Under the pieces are notes generated by a model that saw only the letters and a program-made list of their open reading frames with translations, was not told where the DNA came from and did no database searches. From Lysobacter sp. (GTDB lineage Bacteria > Pseudomonadota > Gammaproteobacteria > Xanthomonadales > Xanthomonadaceae), in NCBI GenBank assembly GCA_043738095.1, contig JAYSZI010000039.1:10684-74683 (forward strand): 64,000 nt of DNA. The letters are read 5' to 3'. Below are positions 54,574 through 64,000 of this stretch, piece after piece. The first letter of the stretch is position 1. Every line of letters begins with the position of its first letter. The position numbers and the translations under genes were made by a program.

Positions 54574-54748
54574 TTGCAATCTCCCGAAATTCGCCGTTCC
54601 CGCGGCGATGGATCGAGCTGTCGACGGCGCAGCTGCCCGAGCAGCGCGACTGCCTTGCCAGCCCATAGAGCCTATGCTCCAATCCTTGAAAATCACCGTA
54701 CGGTTGCGCACCCGGCGGTTTCGCAAGCGTTGAACATAGGGGATCGCG

Positions 54749-56428
54749 ATGAGTCTTGAACGTCCTTGGCTGGCCCAGTATCCGGCTGGGGTGCCGGCGC
54801 AGATTGATGTGGACGAGTATCCGTCGGTCGGGGCGATACTGGAAAACGCCCTCATCAAGTACCGCGACCGCCCGGCGTTCTCCAACCTCGGCCGGACGCT
54901 GACTTATGCCGAAGTCGACAAGCTCAGTGCCCAGTTCGCTGCCTACCTGCTCGGCGAGCTCAAGCTGAAGAAGGGCGATCGCGTCGCGCTGATGATGCCC
55001 AACTGCCTGCAGTACCCCATCGCGACGTTCGGGGTGCTGCGTGCCGGCCTGACGGTGGTCAACACCAATCCAATGTACACCGCCCGGGAGCTCAGGCATC
55101 AGCTCGTCGATTCCGGAGCCAGTGCGATCCTGGTGCTCGACAACTTCGGCCACACAGTGCAGGAAGTGCTTGACGGCACCCAGATCAAGCAAGTCATCAC
55201 GACTGGCCTGGGAGACATGCTCGCTTTCCCAAAGGGAGCGATCGTCAACTTCGTGCTCAAGCACGTGAAAAAGATGGTGCCGGCGTTCGATATTCCCGGC
55301 GCTATACGCTTCAACAACGCGCTGGCGCTGGGCCAACTGCACAAGTTGCCTGATATCCAGGTCTCGTTGGACGACATCGCCTTCCTGCAGTACACCGGAG
55401 GCACCACCGGCGTTGCCAAGGGCGCGATGCTGACCCACCGCAACATGGTGGCGAACATGCAGCAGGCTGCTGCGTGGGTCGGCACCGATGCCAAATACGG
55501 CGAAGAAGTAATCGTCACGGCGTTGCCGCTTTATCACATCTTTGCGTTGACGGCGAACGGGCTGGTCTTCATGAAGTTCGGTGGCTTGAACTACCTGATT
55601 ACCAATCCACGCGACATGCCCGCGTTCGTGAAAGAGCTCAAGAAGATTCCGTTCACCGCGATCACCGGCGTCAACACCCTGTTCAATGGCCTGCTCAATA
55701 CGCCCGGCTTCGACCAGATCGATTTCTCCCGCTTGCACATGACCCTGGGCGGCGGCATGGCGGTCCAACGTGCCGTCGCTGAGCGCTGGAAGCAGGTCAC
55801 AGGCACCACGCTGATAGAGGCCTACGGCCTGACCGAAACCTCCCCAGCTGCCTGCATGAACCCGATGGACCTGGCCGAGTACAACGGCGCGATCGGTCTG
55901 CCGATTTCCTCCACCGATGCCTGCGTCAAGGACGAGGCGGGTATTCCGATGCCGACGGGCGAAGTCGGCGAGCTTTGCATCAAGGGTCCACAGGTAATGA
56001 AAGGCTATTGGCAGCGCCCGGAGGAGACTGCCCAGGTGATCGACGCCGAGGGCTGGCTGCACACCGGTGACATGGCGAAGATGGACGAGAAAGGCTTTTT
56101 CACCATTGTCGATCGCAAGAAGGACATGATCCTGGTGTCGGGTTTCAACGTGTACCCGAACGAGATCGAGGACGTGATCGCGATGATGCCCGGAGTGCTT
56201 GAAGTAGCCGCCGTCGGCGTGCCGGACGAGAAGTCCGGCGAGGCGGTCAAAGTCGTGATCGTGAAGAAGGATCCGGCGCTGACGGCCGACCAGGTCAAGG
56301 CCCACGCGCGGGTGAACCTCACCGCCTACAAGCACCCCAAGATCATCGAGTTCCGCGCCGAACTGCCCAAGACCAACGTCGGCAAGATCCTGCGGCGTGA
56401 GCTGCGGGACGCTCCCAAAGGGGGCTAG
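54749..56428 (+). CDS. rpfB: Long-chain-fatty-acid--CoA ligase (FadD; RpfB of the DSF cluster)
   Basis: AMP-binding motif LQYTGGTTGVAKGAMLTHRN, and ...GWLHTGDMA...DRKKDMILVSGFNVYPNEIE. Located between acnA and rpfF as in Xanthomonas. Confidence 0.9.
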   Translation: MSLERPWLAQYPAGVPAQIDVDEYPSVGAILENALIKYRDRPAFSNLGRTLTYAEVDKLSAQFAAYLLGELKLKKGDRVALMMPNCLQYPIATFGVLRAGLTVVNTNPMYTARELRHQLVDSGASAILVLDNFGHTVQEVLDGTQIKQVITTGLGDMLAFPKGAIVNFVLKHVKKMVPAFDIPGAIRFNNALALGQLHKLPDIQVSLDDIAFLQYTGGTTGVAKGAMLTHRNMVANMQQAAAWVGTDAKYGEEVIVTALPLYHIFALTANGLVFMKFGGLNYLITNPRDMPAFVKELKKIPFTAITGVNTLFNGLLNTPGFDQIDFSRLHMTLGGGMAVQRAVAERWKQVTGTTLIEAYGLTETSPAACMNPMDLAEYNGAIGLPISSTDACVKDEAGIPMPTGEVGELCIKGPQVMKGYWQRPEETAQVIDAEGWLHTGDMAKMDEKGFFTIVDRKKDMILVSGFNVYPNEIEDVIAMMPGVLEVAAVGVPDEKSGEAVKVVIVKKDPALTADQVKAHARVNLTAYKHPKIIEFRAELPKTNVGKILRRELRDAPKGG

Positions 56429-56465
56429 AAGCCCTCCCAGCCTAGAGCTACCGGTGGTCCCTCAC

Positions 56466-56502
56466 GCCCGCAGGCAGTAAAGCCTTGCGGGCTTGTTGTT
56501 TT
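56466..56502 (+). terminator. Terminator-like hairpin between rpfB and rpfF
   Basis: GCCCGCAGG-cagtaaag-CCTTGCGGGC (one bulge) followed by TTGTTGTTTT. Confidence 0.55.
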
Positions 56503-56596
56503 GGATGCATAGAATCAGGCGTCGGACGAAGATACAAGTTTTCACTGCCGTCCCGAAACGCGACCGACCGGGCCGGCTCATTATCGGAGATTTACC

Positions 56597-57478
56597 ATGT
56601 CTTTCGCCCAACCGTCCTACCGCGCCCAAGCTGGACACACGCTGCGCGTTGTTGAAGATTCCCAGAGCGGCGTTTACTGGTGCAACATGCACGCCAATCT
56701 GGCGACAGTGCCAGGTCGGGCCTGCTTCTCCAACCAATTGGTCGACGACCTCATCCAGTACCAAGCCGAGCTGGGTGCCCGGCTGCGCGTCGAACGTGAT
56801 CGAGCCCCCGGCCGGCTTCCCCATGTAGTGCTGGCTTCTGACAGCGACGTATTCAATCTGGGTGGCGACCTGCAACTGTTCGGGCGGCTCATCCGTCGCG
56901 GTGACCGTGCTGCGCTGCTGAATTACGCCCAGCGATGCGTCGTCGGCGTGCATGGATTCCACGCCGGGCTCGACGCCGGCGCGCACACCATCGCGCTGGT
57001 ACAAGGCAATGCCCTGGGGGGTGGCTTCGAGGCGGCACTGAGCTGCCACACCATCGTGGCGGAGGAAGACGTGCAGATGGGGCTGCCGGAGGTTCTGTTC
57101 GACCTGTTTCCGGGCATGGGGGCGTACTCCTTCCTGTGCGAGCGAATCGCGCCGCGCATGGCCGAGAAGCTGATGCTGGAGGGTCAAGTGTTCGATAGCC
57201 AAGAGCTCTATCGCATGGGCCTGGTCGACATCCTGGTGCCGAAAGGGCAAGGCGTAAAAGCCGTCGAAGATGTGATTCGCAGCAACCGCCGCATCCCGCA
57301 TGCCCGCGCCGCCATGCATCAGGTAAGCGCGTTGACGCGAACTGCGACGCTGGAACAAATGCTGCAAATCACCGAGATTTGGGTGGACACCGCGCTCGCC
57401 CTGGGCGAAAAGTCGTTGCGGATCATGGACCGACTGGTGCGAGCCCAAGAACGCCGACTGGGGGCACAAGCGGCCTAA
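56597..57478 (+). CDS. rpfF: DSF-family signal synthase RpfF (crotonase/enoyl-CoA hydratase fold)
   Basis: Crotonase core FNLGGDL...GNALGGGFEAALSCH...MGLPEVLFDLFPGMGAYSF with the two catalytic Glu positions. Flanked by rpfB and a convergent rpfC. Confidence 0.85.
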   Translation: MSFAQPSYRAQAGHTLRVVEDSQSGVYWCNMHANLATVPGRACFSNQLVDDLIQYQAELGARLRVERDRAPGRLPHVVLASDSDVFNLGGDLQLFGRLIRRGDRAALLNYAQRCVVGVHGFHAGLDAGAHTIALVQGNALGGGFEAALSCHTIVAEEDVQMGLPEVLFDLFPGMGAYSFLCERIAPRMAEKLMLEGQVFDSQELYRMGLVDILVPKGQGVKAVEDVIRSNRRIPHARAAMHQVSALTRTATLEQMLQITEIWVDTALALGEKSLRIMDRLVRAQERRLGAQAA

Positions 57479-59689
57479 TCAGGGGGAGCCGTCACCACCA
57501 TCCAGCGTGTTGCGCCTCCGCCCGCGCATGTCGAGAGCTGCCCTGCCCTCGGCCAAGCGGACGGCTAGCTCGCGCAAGCGCGTGGGCCACTCGTTGGCGA
57601 CCTCTCGCTCGACCATTCGCATCAGCTCGCCACTCTCGGCGGCGAGCTTGCCCAGGCCAAGGTTACCTGCGACACCTTTGAGTGCATGGGCCTGATCGCG
57701 CACGCGATCCCAGTCGGCCTTACTTCCCGCATCGGCCAGGATGCGCAGGCACGTTTCGGCGTCGTGTAGGCACTGCGCAATGAACTCGCGTTCAAACTCC
57801 TTGCCCATGCCCAAAGCGGAAAGTTCGTCGAGCACCGAACTGTCAAATACCTGGTCGCCTTGATCGCCAGTGGGAGCCGTGACCCTTAGGTCGGCCAGCG
57901 AGCGACTAACCAAGCTATTGGATGCAATATCAGCCAGGGTATCCAGCAGGCGCGTGGTGGACACTGGCTTGGCGAGGAACGCTCGCGCTCCGGCGCGCTC
58001 ACATGCCTGTATCGATTCCGGTGTGACATCGGCGCTGAACACCAGCACCGGCGTGCGACGCCCGCCTATCGCCTCCATCACCCTCAGCTGTTTGAGCAGG
58101 TCCAGTCCGCTGACTTCGGGCATATGCAGGTCGACGATCACCGCGTCGTAGTCGGTGGTTGCCAGCAATTCCAACGCCTCCGCGCCTCCGTCGACGCACA
58201 CCACGCGGTGCCCGGCTTTCTGCAGCAACCGCTGAATCACCATGCGGTTGGCCGCATGGTCGTCGGCGACCAGCACCGACAAGGTGCGGACCCGGGCGCG
58301 ATGGCGCAGGAAGGGGTTTGAGAATGCGATGACGTTCTCGGAGGCGCTCCCGGAGTGGCCTGGCGCTGCAGTATCCGGTGACCGCCGCGGCTTGCTTCCC
58401 GTCGTCGCTTCAGCCGGCACGGCTGCTACAGCGGCAACCCGCTCGAACGGCAGCTCGACCCAGAATCTCGTCCCCCTGTGTTCGTCGCTCTCGAACCCGA
58501 TCGTCCCACCCATAGCTTCGGTGAGGCCTTTGGCAATCGTGGTGCCCAAGCCTGTGCCACCGTGCCGGCGAGCGAGCCCGGCGTCGGCCTGTTCGAACGC
58601 CTCGAACAGGCGCTTGCGTACTTCAGTGGGAATGCCGATACCGGTATCGGTGACCGTAAAGCGCAGGCGCACGCCGTGATTGTCCTGACTGGACAGCACC
58701 ACATCGAGGCGCACCGAGCCCTGATCGGTGAACTTGATCGCATTGCCGGCCAGGTTTATCAGCACTTGGCGCACGTGCACCAAGTCGCCACGCACGGTGT
58801 CGGGCACGTCGGCCGCGACGGCATCTGTGTAACGCAACTGCTTGGCTCGTGCCTGCGGCTGCAGGATCAGTCCGACACTCTGGATGAGTTCGCGCGGGGA
58901 AAACTCCAACGCGCTGAGTTTGAGCTTACCGGCCTCAATAACGGATATATCCAGCACGTCCTCCACCAGCGCCAACAGCGACCGGGTCGAGGCCTGAATG
59001 GTGTTAAGGCATTCGCGCTGTTCGCTGTCCAGCCGCGTGGTTGCAAGCAGATCCGACATCCCCGCCAGGCCATTAAGGGGCGTGCGAAACTCGTGGCTCA
59101 TGTTGGCCAAGAATCGACTCTTGGCCTGATTGGCTTTGTGGGCGTCGTCGATCGCGCGGTTCAAGGCGTTTAATAGCGAGTCGAAGTACAACGGCACCGC
59201 GCCCAGCCCGATCAGCAGGCCCCACGACATGTAAGGGTTCGCACGCCAATAAGGCGAAAGCAGAATGACGGCAAGGAAGGACAGCGATGCCAAAGCGGTG
59301 GCGGCTCTTAAGTAGAGGTGGCCGTAGCGCATGCCATTGCCAATCGTCACCCACAGGTAGACCGCGTACAGCGGCGAAGCCTGCTCGCCTTGGATGCACA
59401 TGATCGCGCCCATCGCGCTGTAATCAGTCAGCATCCCGATCCAACGCCGCACGTGCGACACGCCAGGTTGGTGCAGCATGCTCGCCAACAAGCCCAGCGC
59501 CACGAGCAACTCGCCGATGAGGATCAGCCAGGTAGTCGGCAACGTGCCGGCACCAAATTCCTTTTGATACTCCCAGCCCAGGTAGGTGGCGAACAGCGCG
59601 GTGATGGTGATGCGCACCAGATTCTGCGCGTGTTCGCTGTCGGGACGGCCCGACAAACGACGCTTGAGATTGTCCAGTACGAATCTCAT
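57479..59689 (-). CDS. rpfC: Hybrid sensor kinase RpfC (TM input, HisKA, HATPase, REC, HPt)
   Basis: Multi-TM N-terminus, H-box [11 protein letters not shown]-box [25 protein letters not shown] and HPt [11 protein letters not shown]. Start at MRFVLDNLK (59689). Confidence 0.9.
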   Translation of the reverse strand: MRFVLDNLKRRLSGRPDSEHAQNLVRITITALFATYLGWEYQKEFGAGTLPTTWLILIGELLVALGLLASMLHQPGVSHVRRWIGMLTDYSAMGAIMCIQGEQASPLYAVYLWVTIGNGMRYGHLYLRAATALASLSFLAVILLSPYWRANPYMSWGLLIGLGAVPLYFDSLLNALNRAIDDAHKANQAKSRFLANMSHEFRTPLNGLAGMSDLLATTRLDSEQRECLNTIQASTRSLLALVEDVLDISVIEAGKLKLSALEFSPRELIQSVGLILQPQARAKQLRYTDAVAADVPDTVRGDLVHVRQVLINLAGNAIKFTDQGSVRLDVVLSSQDNHGVRLRFTVTDTGIGIPTEVRKRLFEAFEQADAGLARRHGGTGLGTTIAKGLTEAMGGTIGFESDEHRGTRFWVELPFERVAAVAAVPAEATTGSKPRRSPDTAAPGHSGSASENVIAFSNPFLRHRARVRTLSVLVADDHAANRMVIQRLLQKAGHRVVCVDGGAEALELLATTDYDAVIVDLHMPEVSGLDLLKQLRVMEAIGGRRTPVLVFSADVTPESIQACERAGARAFLAKPVSTTRLLDTLADIASNSLVSRSLADLRVTAPTGDQGDQVFDSSVLDELSALGMGKEFEREFIAQCLHDAETCLRILADAGSKADWDRVRDQAHALKGVAGNLGLGKLAAESGELMRMVEREVANEWPTRLRELAVRLAEGRAALDMRGRRRNTLDGGDGSP

Positions 59690-59693
59690 CGGA

Positions 59694-60758
59694 TCACTCC
59701 GTGCCGGGACGGGACGACACCGTGGAATACCGCCTGCAGATCTCGTCCAGGCGCGGCCGGCCCACAATCAGTGCGTCGACGCAACGGGGATCGAACAGAC
59801 GCCCGCGCTGCGCGTAGAGGTAACCCAAAGCTGCTTCGATATCCCAGGCCTGCTTGTACGGCCGAGCCGAGATCAGGGCATCGAACACATCGGCGACCGC
59901 GACTATCCTGGCCTCCAACGGAATCTCTTCGCCGACCAGGCCATCAGGATAGCCGCTGCCATCGAAGCGTTCGTGATGGCGCAGCGCGACCAGGGCGCCA
60001 GCCTGGATGAAGCGGTTCAGGCTGCCGCTGAGCAGCTCATGGCCGATGCGCGGATGCCGCCGCATGATCGCCATTTCGTCCTCGGTCAGCGGACCGGATT
60101 TCAACAGCACCGCATCGGGGATGGCGATCTTGCCGATGTCATGCAGCGGCGCGGACATCTCGATCATCCGCACCTCGTCCTCGAACAATCCCAACTGCTC
60201 CGCGATCAATCCGGCGACGTGGGACATGCGCTCGAGGTAGCGGCTGGTGCCGGTGTCGCGGTATTCGATCGCGCGCGCAAGCCGCGAAAGGGTTTCGCGT
60301 TCGCGCTCCTCTACCTCGTGCATGCTCGATAGCAGGCGCTGCTCCAGCGACAACGCGCGCTGCTTCACGTTCTCCGACTGCTGGCGCAGCTGCAGCAGAT
60401 TGCGGCAGCGCGCCCGCAGCTCTCGCGGGCGTACGGGCTTGATCAGGAAATCGATCACGCCCGCTTCCAGTGCAGCTTGCCGCACGGGCTCGTCGCCGAC
60501 CACCGTCACCAGGATGATCGGAATGTCGCGATGCAGCGGCAAGCGGCGGAAACGTCGGGCGAATTCCAGCCCGTCCAACCCTGGCATGCGGTAGTCGAGC
60601 AACAGCAGGTCCGGATGGTGGGATTCGCACCAGTCCAGGGCCGTTGCGGGCTCGCCGAAATCGTGCACGTCCAAGTCGGGCCCGATGTCCTCGATGATAT
60701 GGCGCAGCATCGTACGCGCCGAGGTTTGATCATCCACGATGACGACGTTCACACCCAC
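59694..60758 (-). CDS. rpfG: HD-GYP domain response regulator RpfG (cyclic-di-GMP phosphodiesterase)
   Basis: REC ([13 protein letters not shown]) plus HD-GYP ([10 protein letters not shown] ... [14 protein letters not shown]). Only 4 nt upstream of rpfC. GTG start. Confidence 0.9.
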   Translation of the reverse strand: MGVNVVIVDDQTSARTMLRHIIEDIGPDLDVHDFGEPATALDWCESHHPDLLLLDYRMPGLDGLEFARRFRRLPLHRDIPIILVTVVGDEPVRQAALEAGVIDFLIKPVRPRELRARCRNLLQLRQQSENVKQRALSLEQRLLSSMHEVEERERETLSRLARAIEYRDTGTSRYLERMSHVAGLIAEQLGLFEDEVRMIEMSAPLHDIGKIAIPDAVLLKSGPLTEDEMAIMRRHPRIGHELLSGSLNRFIQAGALVALRHHERFDGSGYPDGLVGEEIPLEARIVAVADVFDALISARPYKQAWDIEAALGYLYAQRGRLFDPRCVDALIVGRPRLDEICRRYSTVSSRPGTE

Positions 60759-60865
60759 ATCCGAATGGGGCCAGCCTTATGGTGGCTACCGGCGCAGGAT
60801 AGCGCGAGGACAGGCGTCTTTGACAGCCATGTCAGCTCGGATGAGGACCAGATAATCGCCGCCGC

Positions 60866-62383
60866 TCAGTTTGCGGCTTCGGGTCGCATGTAGGGGAACA
60901 GCAACACGTCACGGATCGATGCCGAATCCGTCATCAACATGACCAGACGATCGATCCCGACTCCTAGGCCGCCGGTCGGCGGCAGGCCGACCTCTAACGC
61001 GCGGATGTAGTCGGCGTCGAAATGCATGGCCTCGTCGTTGCCGCCGGCCTTCTGGTCGACCTGCGCCAGGAAGCGTTCGGCTTGGTCCTCGGGGTCGTTA
61101 AGCTCGGAAAAGCCATTGGCCAGTTCCTTCCCGGCGACGAACAACTCGAAGCGGTCGGTGATCTCGGGATCGGCATCGCTGGCGCGCGCGAGCGGGCTGA
61201 CCTCAACCGGGTGGTGGGTGATGAAGGTCGGCTGGATCAGCGTGTGCTCCACCGTGTTCTCAAAAATATCCAGCAACAGACTGCCCCAGCCGTAGTGCGG
61301 CTTGAACGGGATCTTGAGCCGCGCGCAGTGGCCGCGCATTGCCTCGACATCGCGCAATTCATCGCGCGATATCTGCGGGTTGTGCTCTAGCACCGCATCG
61401 GTCATCGACCAACGACGAAAGGCCGGGCCGACGTCGATCGCGTTGCCGTCCCAGGTCAGAGCTGTAGTGGCTAGCACCGATTGGGCGACGTCGCGGATCA
61501 GCGTTTCGGTCAGGTCCATGACCTCGTTGTAGGTGGCGTACGCCTCATACAGCTCGAGCATGGTGAACTCGGGGTTGTGCCGGGTTGACACGCCCTCGTT
61601 GCGGAAATTGCGATTGATCTCATACACGCGTTCGAGGCCGCCGACGACCAGACGCTTGAGGTACAGCTCCGGCGCCACACGCAGGTACAACTCCAGGTCG
61701 AGCGCGTTGTGGTGCGTAACGAAAGGTTTTGCTGTGGCGCCGCCGGGAATGTAATGCATCATCGGCGTCTCGACTTCGAGGAAGCGCCGCGCATCCAGCC
61801 ACGCACGCATCGCGCGGATGATCTTCGAGCGCTTGACGAACACCTCGCGCGCATCGGGCGACACGATCAGGTCGACGTAACGCTGGCGATAGCGTTGCTC
61901 GACATCGGCCAAGCCGTGAAATTTGTCAGGGAGCGGACGCAGCGCCTTGGTCAGCAACCGCAGCGTGTCGGCTTTGACCGACAGCTCGCCGGTACGGGTG
62001 CGCGTCAGCACGCCCTCGGCAGCAATGATGTCGCCGACATCCCAGCCCTTGAACGCGTCGTAAGTCTCGCCGAGTGAATTGGCCTGCAGGTACAACTGCA
62101 GTCGGCCCGATTCGTCCTGGATCTGCACGAAGCTAGCCTTGCCCATTACCCGCTTGAGCAGCAAGCGGCCGGCGACGGCGACGCGATGAGCCTTGGCGTC
62201 GAGCGCCTCAGCGGTCCATTGCTCGGCATCGGCATACGCGTCCTGCAGATCGCCGGAATAGTCGGCGCGCCGGAAGTCATTCGGGTACGCGATGCCCTGC
62301 CCGCGCAACGCCGTGAGTTTGGCGCGACGCTCCGCAATGAGCTTGTTTTCGTCGGGCGGCGTCGGGTCGGCGTTGTCGGTCAT
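60866..62383 (-). CDS. lysS: Lysine--tRNA ligase (class II)
   Basis: OB anticodon-binding N-domain and class II motifs ...[20 protein letters not shown]..., ...[15 protein letters not shown]. Confidence 0.95.
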   Translation of the reverse strand: MTDNADPTPPDENKLIAERRAKLTALRGQGIAYPNDFRRADYSGDLQDAYADAEQWTAEALDAKAHRVAVAGRLLLKRVMGKASFVQIQDESGRLQLYLQANSLGETYDAFKGWDVGDIIAAEGVLTRTRTGELSVKADTLRLLTKALRPLPDKFHGLADVEQRYRQRYVDLIVSPDAREVFVKRSKIIRAMRAWLDARRFLEVETPMMHYIPGGATAKPFVTHHNALDLELYLRVAPELYLKRLVVGGLERVYEINRNFRNEGVSTRHNPEFTMLELYEAYATYNEVMDLTETLIRDVAQSVLATTALTWDGNAIDVGPAFRRWSMTDAVLEHNPQISRDELRDVEAMRGHCARLKIPFKPHYGWGSLLLDIFENTVEHTLIQPTFITHHPVEVSPLARASDADPEITDRFELFVAGKELANGFSELNDPEDQAERFLAQVDQKAGGNDEAMHFDADYIRALEVGLPPTGGLGVGIDRLVMLMTDSASIRDVLLFPYMRPEAAN

Positions 62384-62420
62384 GGCTGGGTGTCTGGTTT
62401 GGGGATTTGCGTTCTTGAAT

Positions 62421-62445
62421 CGTCGTTCCCGCGGACGCGGGGGCG
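62421..62445. repeat. Single REP-like palindromic unit in the prfB-lysS spacer
   Basis: CGTCGTTCCCGCG-ga-CGCGGGGGCG has the same core as the units at 32641-32764. Confidence 0.55.
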
Positions 62446-62561
62446 CTTTGCAGCAGCGGAGCTGATTATCCAGTGGCGTTGCATCTGGCTGGTCGCTTCA
62501 GGTCAAACCGCGCATCGCAGCCTCAACCGAAAAAGTCCCACGCGGGTGCGGCTTTCAGGCA

Positions 62562-63690
62562 TCAAACCGCGTCGCTGCGTTTCGAGCCCGCCTCCAGACC
62601 CGCCTTCAGGCTGGCTTCGACAAACTCGTCGAGGTCGCCATCGAGCACCTTCTGGGTATCGCTGCGCTCGATGCCCGTGCGCAGATCCTTGATCCGGCTC
62701 TGGTCGAGCACGTAATTGCGGATCTGGCTGCCCCAGCCGATGTCGGACTTGGTCGCTTCCAGCGCGTCCTTCTCGACATTACGTAACTGGACCTCACGCT
62801 CGTACAACCGCGCCGCCAACATCTTCATGGCAGTGGCACGGTTGGCGTGTTGGCTGCGACCGGTCTGGCAGGCGACGACGGTGTTGGTCGGGATGTGGGT
62901 GATGCGCACTGCCGATTCGGTCTTGTTGACGTGCTGGCCGCCGGCCCCGGACGCGCGATAGACGTCGGTGCGCAGGTCGGCGGGGTTGATCACGATGTCG
63001 ATGTCGTCATCGACTTCCGGCGACACGAACACCGAGGTGAAGCTGGTGTGGCGGCGGTTGTCCGAGTCGAACGGCGACTTGCGCACCAATCGGTGCACGC
63101 CCGTTTCGGTCTTGAGCCAGCCGTAGGCGAAGTCGCCCTCGACCCGAAACGTCGCCGACTTTATCCCGGCGACGTCGCCGCCGCTGACTTCCATCAGCTC
63201 GGCCTTCCAGCCACGCGACTCGGCCCAACGCAGGTACATGCGCAGCAGGATCTCGGCCCAGTCCTGCGCCTCGGTCCCGCCCGCGCCGGCCTGGATATCG
63301 ACGAACGCCGAATTGCCGTCCATCTTGCCGGAGAACATGCGCTGGAATTCCAGCTTGTCGACGTCCTGCGCGTAGCGCTCGACGTCGGCCACCACGGCCT
63401 GCGCGGTGGACTCGTCGTCTTCCATCTCAGCCAGCTCGAGCAGTTCTTCTGCACCGACCAAGCCCTCCGTCATGGAGCGAGCGCCGATGACCACCTTTTC
63501 CAGCGCAGAACGCTCCCGGCCCAGCGCTTGTGCGCGTTCCGCATCGTTCCAGATCGTGGGGCTTTCGAGCTCGCGGTTTACTTCTTCGAGGCGTTCGACT
63601 TTGCTGTCGTAGTCAAAGATACCCCCTGAGCGAATCCAGCCGACCCTTGAGGTCGGCGATGCGCTGGCGGACGGGATTGAGTTCGATCAT
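62562..63690 (-). CDS. prfB: Peptide chain release factor 2, expressed via a programmed +1 frameshift. On the minus strand: frame 0 covers 63690..63616, then 63614..62562.
   Basis: Frame 0 reads [25 protein letters not shown] then UGA. The +1 frame continues [19 protein letters not shown]... through the SPF tripeptide and GGQ (SGAGGQHVN). Confidence 0.95.
63612..63627 (-). promoter_or_regulatory. RF2 autoregulatory +1 frameshift site
   Basis: The minus strand reads AGGGGG-TAT-CTT-TGA-C. This is an internal SD-like element 3 nt upstream of the slippery CUU followed by UGA C, identical to the classical E. coli prfB recoding site. Confidence 0.9.
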
Positions 63691-64000
63691 GTCCGTTCTA
63701 TTGGCTGTTGCACGAGACCGCAGATTCTAGCAGCCGGGGGCTCAAATTGACCTCGAACTCCCTTACCGCGTGACCACCTTCCTTACGGTCGTCACCCCTT
63801 CCGTCCATCCGCGTACAACGACACAACGAACATGGCGACTACGAACAACCCTCAGCACGGGTTCTCCTGTGGATTTCAGCCGCACCGTGCCCCGCGGGGC
63901 CTTCTGCGTAGCCCCTCTGCCGGGCAGCGCCGAAACCCGTGCCCGGGGCCCGACTACAACTCGGTGGCGCTGAGGACCAGTTGCGGGCGTCGCAGACTCT

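Noticed and set aside
63954-64000. Possible 3' end of recJ on the minus strand (...SLRRPQLVLSATEL then TAG), as expected from recJ-prfB-lysS synteny in Xanthomonas
   Set aside because: Only 15 codons are visible, which is too short to support a call from sequence alone.

Overview
This window is high-GC chromosomal DNA, about two-thirds G+C by eye (not computed). It is densely packed with roughly 50 protein genes, and most are recognisable core genes. Gene content and order point to a Xanthomonadales-type gammaproteobacterium: acnA(rpfA)-rpfB-rpfF converging on rpfC-rpfG-lysS-prfB, plus trxB..aat-infA / clpA-clpS and ftsK-lolA-rarA. The main blocks are as follows. (i) A type IV pilus minor-pilin operon, fimT-pilV-pilW-pilX-pilY1-pilE (1.7-8.4 kb, minus strand). 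(ii) A secreted M35 aspzincin protease. (iii) A DUF456 / cardiolipin-synthase / patatin lipid trio. (iv) A 1963-aa thioester alpha-2-macroglobulin paired with PbpC. (v) The complete Rpf/DSF quorum-sensing cluster. (vi) prfB with its programmed +1 frameshift site. I found no rRNA, tRNA, CRISPR array, transposase, integrase or prophage genes. I did not find a convincing novel multi-gene system such as a defence island. The observations most worth a second look are these. Two conserved genes (a DUF488 gene and alanine dehydrogenase) are each interrupted by a single in-frame TAG, with no frameshift. A terminator-like hairpin sits in the otherwise empty leader of ald. A dispersed REP-like repeat family (core GCGGGAAT) has a cluster inserted between the A2M and pbpC genes. 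A duplicated roughly 50-nt element lies downstream of acnA. A short, strongly AT-rich island with an inverted repeat lies between pbpC and rarA. An orphan secreted protein breaks the lolA-rarA synteny. A roughly 0.7-kb stretch has no credible gene. Many very long antisense ORFs in the track are high-GC shadow ORFs and were rejected.
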